From Bugula neritina (taxonomy: Eukaryota > Animalia > Bryozoa), in the NCBI GenBank assembly GCA_964035545.1, contig OZ037769.1, positions 5,871,929 to 5,935,928 on the forward strand: 64,000 nt of DNA. The letters run 5' to 3'. This document shows, in pieces, positions 1 to 27,300 of the stretch; position 1 is the stretch's first letter; each line of letters starts with the position of its first letter. The position numbers and the translations under genes are program-made. The notes beneath the pieces were generated by a model that was not told the origin of the DNA, searched no databases, and saw only the letters and a program-made list of their open reading frames with translations.

Positions 1-700
1 TTAGTAATACTAAAATAATTACTAATTAAAACTATTGTTAACAATAATATTACTATTATTAGTACTGAAGTAGTAGTACAACTACTATTAGTATTACTAC
101 TACTACTAACAGCACTATTATTAAGTTAATTATTATTTAAATTATTATACTTATATTTATAGACATTATAATTATTTCATAATTTAAAAATATACAACAT
201 CAATATGAACATCAATATCAATATGAATATACTAAAAGTAAATCAAGTAGACAATAGTAAACGCAAAACTAAATGCAATATTCAACTTTATACTTATAAT
301 TATTAACTATTAACTAATATTCTACTTATAGTTATACTTATAATTATATTAAATCTTATGTTATACTTATAGTAATACTATTAGACATAGTAATAGTAAT
401 ACTTACGGTTACACCAACTCCAAGTCTAATGCTAATAGTAATACTAATACTAATAGTAATGGTTATACTTATAGTTATACTTATAATATCAATTACAGCA
501 ATATTGATACAGTACTAATAGTTATTCTAATACTAATACTAATAGTAATACTTATACTAATACTGATGTCTAATACTTATACTAATAGTAATACTAATAC
601 TAATAGTAATAGTAATACCAATGCAATAGTAATTTACAATTACATACCCAAGCTTAACTCAAATCGATTGTCAAATACACTAGAAAGAGCGACTTCTAAA
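1..700. repeat. 6-bp-phased (ANT-NNN) low-complexity tract
   Basis: Runs such as AATACTAATAGT, AATATCAATATG, ACTTATAGTTAT keep A-N-T every 6 nt while the other triplet varies. Confidence 0.75.
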
Positions 701-1199
701 TCAAGCATGGTGGCTGTAACAGTTATTAAATGAAACGCATATGTCTATGAAAAGACAGTTGCCCATCAACAGACCAAGTGAACCTTTACGTAATGGATTA
801 GCTAAGCGTCATACTAGAAAGTCAAAGTAATTATTGGCTCTTATTATAATAATAGTACTGAACAGCTGTGACTGAAAATGTGATATTGTTTACAAATTAG
901 CGCATGCCTATGCAGTGTAAACAAAGTATCACGTGATAAAGTATTCAAACCAATACTCAATAAGTTGCCAGTATCTGCGTTCACACAGGAAATTCGTATG
1001 ACAGAAAAAAAGTAGAAAGTAAAATATTTTGCAAAATAAAAAGTATGTTTTAACGAAGTTTATTAGTATCAGTTTTCACTATTGTACTCGCCCTCCTCAA
1101 GTCTATGACTTGCCACTATTAAACTTTTGACAGTTTTTGATAATGTTTAAAAGTGAATAAAACATGAAGCTAAAGTAAAAGTTAAACTTGTATTTCATT

Positions 1200-1900
1200 T
1201 TATATTTTAATTTTAGATACTTACATCAACTTACATCAATATTGATATTCATATTCATATTGATATTGCTCTTGTAATTTAATTGAAATAATTATAATAA
1301 CTTCAAGTTTATATTATTTAGTCTTACCATTTTCTTACTTCAGATTACTTAAAGTTAACTGTTAATAAGTACCAATTTTCACTTGCCAATTAATATTAGT
1401 ATCACGCTGTGGCTTCTGCTGAAAATGTCTGATTAAATCAATAAATTAAAATACTAAATACTAATAGTAAATGAAATAATAATAATAATTCAAATTTAAT
1501 TTAGTTTTATAATGACTATAAGTAATGACTACTCGTGAATAACTTGCCCACAACTGATTTTCCTTATATTGACTAAGATAAAACAAATTTATTGATTAGT
1601 TATAAAATTACATCAAACTAAAAGTACTAATATTGGTTATTCAATCTTGTAAGATAAATTGTTGCAGATTAAAAAAAAATTTTGGTGCTGGGTTTGTGGA
1701 GGTTTAATTTTAGTTACTAATACTAATAGTAATACTAATTGTAATTGGTTCTATGGTAAAATGGTAGTCACGGCTGTGTCAAGTGTTTTAATAATAATAC
1801 TATGAATACGGCTATATCCCGTTGTATATCATTATTACTATTAGTTTTAGTTGTGTAATATAATTAATAATCAATTTAAATTTATGTAAATTAGTAGCCA
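1200..1900. repeat. 6-bp-phased (ANT-NNN) low-complexity tract, patchy
   Basis: ATTGATATTCATATTCATATTGAT, ACTAATACTAATAGTAATACTAAT and similar runs, interrupted by ordinary sequence. Confidence 0.6.
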
Positions 1901-2567
1901 GTAGGCTAATATGGACACAAAAGATCTTACCTCAAGTTTTAAATTTCAAACTTAAATTTGTTTGAGTTTAGTGTAAATTCCTATTTTTCCTATTTTTGTT
2001 CTTTGATATTGGTAGAGCTTCATGCGGATACTACCCAACCATTGTGCAACAGGTTCTTGTTATTTTTTATGCGTTATATAAATTTAGAAATCAATCAATG
2101 TCTAAACACACATATATTAATGGGGGACTGTTTCAAAGGGGTTTAATGACCTTCAAAACACTAAGCAATTTACAAGGCTTGTCTGGATAAAACTAGGAAA
2201 TTTTCAGTTTTAGCAAAAAACATAGCAAATTCCCAAAATCATTTTATTTCTAATGCATCAGAGCTATCAAATTTTGTTTTCAAAAAAGTATTTTTGTAAA
2301 ATGTGACTAAAATAGTGTTCTAAAATGTTTTCAAAATATGAATTAAAATTAACCAGAAAAATTGTGATAAACACATGTATTCAAATTTTAAAATATAATT
2401 TAATAAAAACTTCAGTAAAGCCCAGTTAGCCATAATTGTTTTACTAAAATATGTTGAAATGTAATGATTCACAAAGGACCTACTCAGATAAACTCAAATC
2501 ATTGACCTGTAACTAATTTGGTTTTGTTTTAGGTTCCTGATCACATACGCCTGGGTATTGGTTCAAT

Positions 2568-4910
2568 ATGGGTAAGTTCTATATCTCCCTTCTTGTAGAT
2601 GAGTTATCTTTTTTTATCATAGAGTTGGACTAAAATTTATGAAATGATATGTCATCTGTGCCTTTATTCTATGTATATGCCTCTTGGTCTGTTGAGACAA
2701 GGTGCTAGAAATTATAGGCTGCCTGGAAATAGTAAACTGTACAGTCTACAGTATCACAGCAGCTTTTTCATACTTCCAGCTGTTAGTTTAAATACCATTC
2801 TAAGTTGTACTTCAAAGTGGATTAGACCCATTCAGATGCTCCTCCTGGAGGATTTTTGTATCCAAGTTTCCAACTGTTAATACTTGTATTGTATTACCAG
2901 TTTATTTATTAAATTACTGTTGATATATATTTTTAGTAAAGGGTGTGAAATATTGAACAGTTCCAGCAGGTTATTTTAATACAGTTACTTTCATCAACAC
3001 TCTAATTATTTTGTAGCTGTGTCAAGCTCCATTTCCCTGGTTATCTCCCTTTCTCTCTGCATCCTCATATTTGGTGGAATGCAAATGTTCAAATCCAATA
3101 TTGCCAGCACTGAATGGAAAACAGTTGCTGGTGGTTTTGTTGGCTCCTGGTTCTTTGTGTTTAGCTTGACGGTAAGTTTTCTTTTATTACTTTTTGATGA
3201 GATATTTTATGATATTGCATATAGGAGTTGTCTTCCCTTGTACAAGGGCAATTTGAAAAGTAAAGATAATTTTGCCTTAGTCAAGTTGTAATTGAGTTAG
3301 AGACCTAATTTTTTTTATTTTTCAACATAGTTTTTTGACAAGAAAGCACATCTTTTCATCTTGGTACTATTATTTATTTTTCTAGTAAGGCTGCGATATA
3401 AATATTCTCTCAAATAAAAAAGTATTCCCTCAAAAATATTAAAATGATTACAGTGTAACGACAACCCCTTGAGCCACATAATATTAAAAAATAGGCATGT
3501 ATTACAAGTATATTTTGTTCTGTAAGGAAATTATCTTTACTTTTCGAATCTCAACTATGGTGTTATTCTAGGCGATGAACAACTTGGAATCAACATTGTT
3601 TGGAGAGGGATTTCAATCACAGCTATTTCCAGATGGTATGTTAGTCATGTTATAGGCATTCTAGGTGGAGATACTTAATTTTGTGAATCTGGCACTTGTG
3701 TTCTGTTGTTGATGGCTTTTCTAGAATTGTAAACATTTTTTTCTAATCAAAAAGATTTTCCTTATCATGTTTGTGTTGCCAAGAGGAACTTTTAGGATGT
3801 TTTTATTTTGTAGTAATATCATGCTTGGCTCTCTCCCTGTTTGTATGCAGTCTTGTGCATAGAGTTTGCGTTACTACATGGTATGTATTGTATCACCGTG
3901 AAGTATAGGAAATGTTAAAAAAGCCATGTAGTAGAAATATGGTAGCTTCACCAAGTTGCATTACTAGTCACATGTTATACTATACTGTAGGCCTATGTCT
4001 GGTAGAAACTGAGTCTCTTTTTTACAATTGTTTATCTAGGAAAAGAGTAATTCTATAAGTTAAAATTTGTGTTCACAAGTGACTGTGAAATGTATACTTA
4101 AGTGTCAAATAGCCATAATTTACTTTATTTTATTGTAGATCAGGTTTTCAGGTTACACTATAATTATTGTTAGACAGGCTTAGGATTAAAGAGCAGATAA
4201 CTCCAGTGAATGTCAAAATGAATTTTCCTCTTTTTCTGTACACTATGTGTAACCGGGTGCATTAATACTATTCAACTTGTTTATTATAATGAAATGATAA
4301 ACTGTTCAGAAACTTTCTTCTCACTTTTAAGTATCGCCATGATATAGTGAGCTAGAAATGTATTCTTTTTCCCTGAACACCCCTGGGAACTTGCTATAGT
4401 CTAGATTATTTGAGTTATATTAATTACATTAACTGCTAATTGCTATTATGTGATTGGACTTTTATATGGTATGCTAGAGTAGATATATAGTGAAGATTGG
4501 GCTGGAAATAAATGATACATCTACTATCTAGCAGTAAATATCATTACAGCAGCATGTGATGACTTGGAATTGCATGAATTAATTATATAGTAATATGGGT
4601 GTAGCTCTAAGCTAATTAGTCAATGTTTATCCAATCACGGGTTATGCTTCTATTATAATGTAATAGCTTTTACATCATATATGTTAATAGCTATTATAAG
4701 AAGAAATATTTTAGTGCTCATAGGTTTTGATAGCATTCTATCTTTAAAAATACTCTCCCTGTTTGTTAATTACTGGCTCTGTTATTTTGTAGTCTTATAT
4801 TCTCTCTTATCGCCTTGTACTATATGAATGCTGCATCTAATGAGAAATACTCTGCCCATGTTACTGCCCATCCCGTCACAGCTCCACACGGCAAACGAAA
4901 GAAACATTAG
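2568..4910 (+). CDS. KRTCAP2: Keratinocyte-associated protein 2 (KCP2, oligosaccharyltransferase accessory subunit)
   Basis: Exons 2568-2571, 3017-3171, 3572-3635, 3814-3880, 4793-4910 join in phase with GT-AG sites. They give [109 protein letters not shown]...GKRKKH*. This matches KRTCAP2 motifs (GMQ, [17 protein letters not shown]) and ends in a KxKxx ER-retrieval signal. Confidence 0.95.
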
Positions 4911-6188
4911 TTTTAGACGATCTGACTGTACAGCAAAGTATGATACAGTGTGATAAAATGACAGATATAACTTTAAATACATGTAGAACAAAAATAGCTT
5001 GTAGTTGTCTGTCCTTGCATATCTGAGAAAGTTTTCTACTTACTTCAAGTAGTTTCAAGAGAGATAACAGTAGCTTAGCAACTAGTTGGAAGTTATTCTA
5101 ATTTTGATGATATATGCGCTTATGACAATATTTTTCCAGATTCCTGAACTGGCTTGTAGGATATGATTTTGTTTAGTTGATGTATAAAAATAAACTTGTC
5201 TATAACAAAAACCCCTTAGTCGTGTGTTTGCTTCACTTTAGTGCAAATAGGCATTTCTGTATAGTCTAAAACCAATCCTATGACTAGTGTTTAAAATTAT
5301 AGAGCTAGTGTATGAAACTAAAGAATTAAGGTGTGTAAAACTATAGACAGAGTGTATATAACTGCTGAATCAGTAGCTTATTTAATATAATATAAATAAT
5401 AATTATATATAATAGAAGAAATCAATTTTAATCATTAGGCTCCAATAAAATTTGATTTTGCTTGTCTCCAGCATTCGTTGAAATTCTATATGCAATGACG
5501 AGAATGTCTAGTGAATAAATTGAGTTACTCAAACCTTGTAAAGTATCTGGTTTCAGTGTAATTAAATTAGAGTTCACTGCTACTGAATATACTCCAGGCT
5601 ATTTCTGAAAGCGTATTATTTTATTGTTGCACTGAAAATATTTGCTACGTTGAGCTCTAAAGTTACGTAGTGTTTATAGACAAATTCAACAGTTGTGTGT
5701 AATTATATACTATGCTGCAAAACTCATCACCACACCCTGTGACTGTATGAATATACTACATTCTTTAACAATGTTTATGTAAAGTCTCTGGCGGTGTTTA
5801 TATAAAGTTATCTATTAGTGAAGATGAAATATGTTACAGTAGGGTTGGACATTTTTAGGCTAAAACGCTTTGGTTTGCCAGTAGGTGTGTGCGATGATTG
5901 TGCTGGTAGCAACAGCATTCTATGATCCCATGAATGATAATCCACAAAGGGTGACTCTGCAATCCCATTGGTTGAAACTTTCATAGCAGCTGTCAGATTT
6001 GTCCGGACACTTCCCTAATGATCATACTGCCGCGAGAGTAATCAGAAAAACAACTTGTTAGTTATCACTTGGGTTTCATTTTTCACTGCTATTGCACTAG
6101 CAATAAAACTTAAAAATTGAATTGCTAAATTGTAGCAAATTCTCCAGGTTTTGTATGATTTTGCTAAAAGCTTGTTGGAAGTAAAAAT

Positions 6189-19430
<13,242 letters not shown>

Positions 19431-20403
19431 AACATTTTATATGCAAGTTATATTCTTTTTCTCAAGACTTAAACTGCACATACACACCGTCTTGGCTTCT
19501 CATTAGGATTGTGTGGAGGATCTTGCTAAATTAGCCTATATCCTGGAACACTAGTTGATGTATTTGCATATACCTACCTAAGAACTACTCCTTGTTAGGC
19601 TATATAAGAAAGACTATGTTATTAGATTTTAGAATGTTTTCTCGGGCATCTTTTTTACTGATATATTATGAACATTGTACTCTGTTAGATTTATTTACTG
19701 TGTAATATATATATATAATTATATATATAAAATCATATATATAAATATATATATTAGGTAATTTAATCACAATGCTATTGCCCAACTAAAAATAGTTCTA
19801 TGCAGGACACATATTTGAATGAGTGATACTTTTGAAATTGTTAAACCCACACACAGTATACCCAAAATATTTTGATTTTATATTATTGGCTAAACCCTCG
19901 ATTCATTATTATATTATTTCTACATTGCTGCTTGCCTGAGTCACCCTGTCATATCCCAGATAATTTATTACTCATTTAAAATATAATAATACACCAAATT
20001 AGCAGTGTCTTATGATTTAGAGATACATTTTCAAACCAGCACCTCTAAAATAATATTACCATAAAACTAAGAGAAGCGAAGCAGAGCAATTGTCTGTTGT
20101 CTTCACCAGTCAACTTTTATTGAAAATGTTATTTTATTTGATAAAGAATGTGTATAAACAAACTAAAAGTATACTATAACAACAACAACTAGGCTCAACA
20201 AAGCTATAAATAAAACATTAAGGCATGATGTCACATTGAGCATATCTATCACTAACTAGGTCAAGGGGCACAAGGTAGCTAGAGAAAACACACAGATTAT
20301 ATTCCTACGTGACTAGCATTACAGCAGCCATCAAATAAGCATCTTGTTGCAAGGCAGCGTGTATTCTACATTAGCTCAAAGCTGAATCTGCTGGCATCCT
20401 GGA

Positions 20404-23400
20404 TCACTGAGTTTTCTTTTGAGCTGCTCCAGTGCTAGCCTGAGGTTTAGAAGGACGTCCGATAGGGTGGCTCTTACACTGCCGATGTAACTCATTCAGA
20501 TCAAAGTGGTCCTTGATGTTCTTCTGTAAAAAGTTATTTAACTCTTCATTAGTAGATCAAATAGATATTACAAACAGCTAGTGAATAGTGTCATACAACC
20601 ATAACACTGTGTCAGAGTCTGAACACTGTAGCCAATATGGCTGCTCAGAATATAATTTACACTAAGAGTGACTTTGAAACTAAAATCCTGGTTCTCGTAA
20701 TAGTAACAACACTCTCTCAAGAGCCACTATCAACTAGAATATTGCACAAAAAGAAAATTTAGCCTAAAAATTCAGATCAAATAGACAATGACATGAGGTC
20801 CTTTGATGATTAAATGCCCTTCTTACCATAGCCTTTGTCGAGATCCAAGCCACTAACCTAGTGCTTTAATTATAAGACCATAATATAAGACAAGTCCTTA
20901 GCTTGCTTAAGAAAAACCCTCTCCACTAGGGGTTCCTGCAGGGATGGTGACTATAAACCTGCTTGAGTTTATAAGACGTCCCACTCACACACAAGTGGTG
21001 ATGTTACAGTTGTGCGCGTGCGCACATGCAACACACATGCAACACACACACACAGACACACACAAGAGCTAGTATAGAACATGCAACACTTATAGCTCAC
21101 CTCTGAGAAGTAAAACTTCTGCACAGTTCCTTTATAGTCCACATATGGTCGACGCATTTTCTCCTTTCCATTAACAAACAGAATCACAGTTGGTAGCTGT
21201 TTGGACCAGGAACTTCCGTCAACTTTATACCTAATAAACAGTAGAGGCACACAATATATTGCAACCTCAAAAGAGAAGACAAATTCAACTCACAACTGCT
21301 AAACATTGATATATTAATGGTGAACTTATTATCTAAAGAGAAACGTGATGAGGATTAATAAATTTGTAAAATTTACAAAAGGAAATGTAAAAACTAATTA
21401 TTAAACTGGAATAGCTGTAATACTCACTGTGAGGCTACATCCTGGTAACGACTAGCATCAATTTTACCAAATTTAAGGTTTGGCAGTGAATAACTAAAAC
21501 AGGAAGTAAATTTTGATGAGAATGTAAAAAATCAGCAATCTACGATTCATACATTACATAAGAAACAAGAGATATGATGTAACACAAGACACTTTCAATA
21601 GCTGCAATCCAATACACACGCGTTACCTTACACACTCGTAAGCTTACACACACTCACAACCTTATACTCACTCGTAGGATATCTTAGCGAATTCCTCTGC
21701 CAGTTTCACACAGGCCGGAGACCATGAGGCATAGAAAGCTATTAGCCAGGTTATTCTCTTGTCTTTCTCTAACTCATGCTGATAATGAAGAGGGAAATAG
21801 GTACATAAATAATACTCATAGTTTTTTCAATCTATTACACATTAGCACTTTAAAGAATCCATGACACACTTCATTTAAGCAGCATTAAAATATTCGTATA
21901 TGTATTAGCTTTCATTTACATATTGTTTTCGAATTAAATGCTTCAACATTTTGTTTAACAATAAATTTTGCTGAATTGATTTGAGATTTCTAATCATTTG
22001 CTGAGGACATTTTGATCGGCTTTGAAGTTCATGGTATTATAAAACTGTAATTACTATGAATAGCCTACACTGCTATGCTTTAACTTACCTCTAAATTTGG
22101 ACCCCTAAAGTAAGTGATGGAGTCCGGCCCAGCGTAGTCTGCAGGGGCTGGTATGAAGATCATGTGCACTAAACGAGCAGAAGAATGTAAACTGTGAGAG
22201 TTTGTGTGAGAGAAGATTACACAAAGTATGAAGCTGCTGTATAATTTACAACTGGCACGCTTTGAGCTTTGATGGTTGTAAATTGCTCATATCCGAGAAA
22301 GCCATGAAGCAATATTTTTGTGGTATCAATATTATTGCAGCATGAAGAATAACTCCTCTAGAAGTTAATAAATCAATCTCAATGATGTATTCAAAAAGTT
22401 TTAAATTTCCAGCTTTTATTTCTACCTTTTAATCATTCGGAACATTATACACAATCCTTAAAACCAAGTACAAATTTAACTTTTTAAAAAAATATCAGAA
22501 GTATTTTGAAGGTCATAGTTATCACTGAGAAGAGGTTTACTCACCTAAACATACAACTATGTAGATAGCTGAGTAGAGAATATTGTATCGCCCATAGAGA
22601 AGGACATTGAGAATCTTTGTGAACATACATAGAGTTGAGAAATACTCCTTAAACGAACCTGTGCAAGATTAGCAATTAATTATTTAAAAAATGTCAACTA
22701 AAAGCATGTTATTTCCAGCTATATATTATATAGATACTTTTGAGTTTTACTATGTCAATGTGAGTTAGCAACTATTGAATCATTATGATTTAAAAGACTT
22801 ATATACCATGCTCTGTGCAAAGAAGGGAACAAGCCCTGAAACAGTTGCTATAGGTATATATATAAAATTAATATTACAGTTCAATAGTAAATAACGTATA
22901 CTATCTACAATACAATAGCCAATCACACAAGCCTACAGCGCACCTCAAATTTAGCAACAGACCTTTAAACAGGGTAACGGTTCTAATTTTAACATAAATA
23001 TTTACAAGCTTTACATAAACAGTACATATAGTTTACAACTCTTACAAATACCTGGTTTACACAAGATCAAACAATCTAACATAATTATTCTACTTACTTC
23101 TTTGCTTTTTTGTTTTAAGCGCCAGCACACACCCTAAGAAAGTTAAAAGCTCTAATTCCCGCTGAAATGACAGGAAATCATTATTTACATAATATTACCA
23201 CAAACAATGAATCTGATACTATATATGAAAGGTAGAGTCAGCCTATAATAGTGATATTATTATACTTGTATCTAGTAAACCAATAAAAAATGAGCTTATA
23301 AACAGTCTAAAGAAATGGCGGAGTCTCACATTTTTCAAATAGCTTCAAGAGAATTTTCAATTTCTGTAATCATAAATAGACTCTTTTCAGAGGTCTCTGA

Positions 23401-25722
23401 TATTCCCTTTACATTTAGCCTAAGAGTTGTGCCCTCCCAAAGTGAATCAGTTGAACCTTCGTATAGAAAGCAAACTCATTAAAAATTTAAAGTTTGGCTG
23501 CTACTTAAAGTTCTAACTATGCTATAGAATTTTTATTTTTGGAGATAGATATTTTGGTATAAGCATACATATTGGCAGTTCAAAATTCTTTTAAAAGTAT
23601 TTCTTAATGGATAATTTTAACAGAAATAAACTTGAAAGCATTTTTGTGGTTTTGGTTACTGAGCAATGACTAAAACCACAAAATTGAATTCATGTCTATT
23701 TTGCTCAACATATTTCATTTTGAGAGACCAAAACTCTTAATTGTAAGGGGTAACATTGGGGACCACTGAAAAGGGTTTATTGACAGAATCCTAGACTCGT
23801 TATTCCACTTCATGCAATTCACAGCAAGTAAACTGTTTCCAAGACCGACAAAAACATTCAATTTTATTGCTTTTGTTCAAAGTTTGGTTAAAACTTTTAA
23901 TGATATTATGATTTTCTGCTAAAACTGCCTGCAACTGCAGTATAAAACAAGCTAAGAGACAGGGATGTTTAAGTTGATAAATACAGCATCGGCTAGCTAG
24001 GTATACGGTTTATAACATAGATAGCTATATTAATTCAACAGTGTGGTCTAGTAGCAATACCTGTGCCCGAATTTACAGTTAACAATGGTAGCTGTAATAG
24101 ATAGTGAATTAAAATTTAACAATATCATACTTATTTACAGTATTTTAACTTACAGCGAATCACAAAGTAATGGGCATAGTCACTATGATACTCATACTGA
24201 AGGCACTTAGTTTTACATTGAATAAAAGTTTCAGTCACATTGGTGTTTAAAGGCTTTACAGTATTGTAAATGTGGATATATGGGCACCCACACTGTAATG
24301 CAGGCTGCAAGTATAAAATTAAATAATAAATGCTATACAAATACCAAGAGTAAGCCTTTTGGTAATAGTATTAGTAAATGAATACAATAACGTATGTAAG
24401 ATATAACATTACATACGTTACTGTTATATCTTCAAACTCCTGGCTATTGTCAAGACCCAACTAACACTATGATTATGACCATTGGACTTAAGCACTGATA
24501 ATTACATAGTAGTGGACTAGGTAGTTAACAGCTATGCTTATGGCTGTCATGGTGATGGTAACAGTTAAACTTAGTGTCATTACCATTATGATTTTAATTG
24601 TCACGCTAAACCTTAACGCAAGAGAAATCATAAAAATTATCATTATATAATTGTATAGTTACACTAATTACTAATTACAAATATTAAAAAATACATATAT
24701 TAATCAATATAATAATAATAAAAACAATAATCATAACCACTCAACACTTAAAAGTTAATGAGTGATACTGATAATGATAATTAAAATGACCATCACTAAT
24801 CACTATCAGTATGAGCATCAATATAGATAGAAGCTGAATAGAACTAGAAGTAAAACAATAAATTAAATTTAATTATAATAATATTAATAATATAAAAAAT
24901 AAATGATAAAAATAAAATAATAGAAATTCAAGTAATTATTTAACTTGTAGGCTACTAAATCCAATACTTATACCTATAGTTCATTGGTAAAGTGTAAAAC
25001 TAAATGTAAATAATATTAGTTATAATGACATAAAGTAATACTAAAAGTAAAAGTAAATCTAGTAGTAGTAGTAGTAGTAGTAGTACTACTACTACTACTA
25101 CTACTAGTAGTAGTAGTTATACTTTTAGAGTTAGACTGTAGACATAGTTAGTATCATAGTATTACTAAGACTAATAGTAATAGTATTAGTAATAGTATAT
25201 ATTACCTTAATTTATAGTTATACTATTACTATTAGTATTAATATTAGTATTACTAACTTACTTATAGTTATACCAAGTCCACTTACTAAGATAAATATTG
25301 CCAAATTTTATAGTAATCACTCATTTTAAAAGTAAAAGCAAAAATAAAAATAATAGCAATAGTATTACTATTAGTAATATTCATACTCATACTCATACTG
25401 AGGCTAAATTTACTATATTTTAACAATAATTTATATAAATATTATAATAATAAATTTATAATTACATTAATGATTAAATATAATCATAATCATTAAATTT
25501 TATATTTAATTATTAATATATAACTTGAATTAGTCAATTACTACATCAATATGAATAGTTGCTTACCATTTCATATTCGCATGTTTCAAATATCGCATTA
25601 CATAGGTGAGGCAAATTTTTCAATATAAAGAATGATGCTGCCAAAATTAAATTAACCAAATAATGTGGTTTTAACAAAAATTGGTAAGTTTTTAAAGTTT
25701 TCAGATCCATTACTATGGGCAT
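20404..25722 (-). CDS. TMX2: Thioredoxin-related transmembrane protein 2
   Basis: Exons 25722-25567, 23161-23098, 22658-22545, 22168-22089, 21778-21672, 21493-21428, 21230-21101, 20523-20404 join in phase. They give MPIVMDLK..KPHYLVN..RELELL..FTKILN..YAGPDSITYF..WLIAFYASWSPACV..LKFGKID..SKQLPTVILF..GKEKMRRP..FDLNEL..KKTQ*, with the SxxC active-site variant and KKxx ER signal typical of TMX2. Confidence 0.96.
20815..20970. mobile_element. Rearranged tRNA-derived SINE copy (5' part inverted relative to 3' part)
   Basis: 20894-20970 matches the SINE 3' body in + orientation (CCTTAGC...CAGGGATGGTGACTATAAAC). About 20815-20865 matches the head/middle in - orientation (GCAC..GGCTTGGATCTCGACAAAGGC..GGT..GAAGGGCAT). 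Confidence 0.65.
24500..25560. repeat. 6-bp-phased (ANT-NNN) tract in TMX2 intron 1, including a (TAG)n(TAC)n palindrome
   Basis: ACTCATACTCAT, AGTAATAGTATT and ACTTATAGTTAT runs; (AGT)n switches to (ACT)n at about 25085. Confidence 0.8.
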
Positions 25723-25754
25723 GATTATAGCAGATGTTGAAGTAAAGTCACTGA

Positions 25755-25901
25755 ATTGTTCTATAAGCAGCTCCCTGTTGAGAATGAAGGACGATTTTAG
25801 TGTGGGGAGGTTTCAAGTTTGGAATTAGGTCCCCATTTCTAAACTTGAGACCCTAAACTAAAATTGTCTTTCACCCCCAACTCGGCGCTGCTTATGGAAC
25901 A
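25755..25901. repeat. Long imperfect inverted repeat (hairpin/MITE-like) immediately upstream of the TMX2 start codon
   Basis: Nested arm pairs: TTGTTCTATAAGCAGC / GCTGCTTATGGAACAA; GAAGGACGATTTTAGT / ACTAAAATTGTCTTTC; GGTTTCAAGTTTGGAA / TTCTAAACTTGAGACC. Confidence 0.85.
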
Positions 25902-26559
25902 ACTCAAAGTTCACGTTTTGTGAATAGTCTCGTTTTAGAAGTCTGTAAACTACGAAATTCAAACTGACCATGAAAATTGGTTCATGTAAAAACCCCAGGC
26001 TATTAAACATCGTAGGCATCCAGGTTATTTTGATAAAATCAATTACTGTTAATTAAAAGATCATACTTTTTTAGTTGCATTCACAAAATATATACAAAAA
26101 ATCTCAACTCAATATACCAGAAAAAATGAATTAAAATATATGTGTTAATAGCACTGAGATTGACGTGACCGTGGCGCATGAAAAATCTGAAAGAAGAGTT
26201 GTCTTCTATTTTTCTATATTAATATATAGAGCTTGTCGTGAAAATGAAGATTTTTTAAAAAAAATATTGTGATCCTCTGGTAACTTCCTGAATTTAGAAA
26301 ATTAACTCATATATTTCTTTTCATGTGGACAACAGCTCACTTTTTTTTAAATTTATTTTGAAGCTCTTTTCGTAAAAAATAATCAAAAGTAAAAAATCCA
26401 AAATTTTTACAAATTGGTTCGGGGCTTGACGTGAAAGGCATTTGGACGAAGATGTCAAGGTCACCATTAATAAATTTATTTTATCACAATTCACAATACT
26501 GCACAGAAAGTTAATGAAGTGGGCTGAAAATTAGGTTGCTAGCATATTCATATTGATAT

Positions 26560-27300
26560 GCATTATATTGATTGTTACAGTATTATTTTTTAAATGTGTT
26601 TTGTTATCAGTTATGTTTAACTTCTTTATAGAGCTGCTGTTAGACTAAGACTAAGAGTAAGACATAATATTAGCAACAATGAATGATTCAATGATAATAT
26701 TAATAATTAATATCACTTTAATATTAAATTAAAATTATTATTAAATTGAAATTCACGTGACGTATCACTATCACTATGAGTATGAGTATCGTACAAATTA
26801 ATTATGAGTATGAGTATTACTATGACATTAACTCAATCAGTGATTGACTATTAGTATTACTATGAATATGACTGTGCATAACTCAATCACAATGAGAATA
26901 TCAATATGAATATGGCTTCTAATTCTTGTAACTTTTGACTATCACTATGATGATGCTGATAGTGATAATCACTGCCAGCCCAAGTCTCATACTCATAGTG
27001 ATACTATTACTATTGTCTATTAGTATTAATAACTAGTATTACTATTAGTACAACTACTAGTACTGTACTAGTATTACTCATAGTTCTGATAATGATGGAG
27101 ATAATAGTTTTAAAAGTTCTACTTCTACTTTTATAGTAACTGTGAGCTAGATTGTATATGTTGAACTCTACTCATTTTTTACTACTAATGCTAATACTAA
27201 TAGTAATAGTAATACTAATAATAATTATAGTTGTTATAATGATAGTAATACTAATAGTAATAATAACTATTTCAATTTGATAATTTATGTTTTACAACAG
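26560..27300. repeat. 6-bp-phased (ANT-NNN) tract inside the left part of the transposon
   Basis: ACTAAGACTAAGAGTAAG, ACTATGAGTATGAGTATC and AATATCAATATGAATATG runs. Confidence 0.75.
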
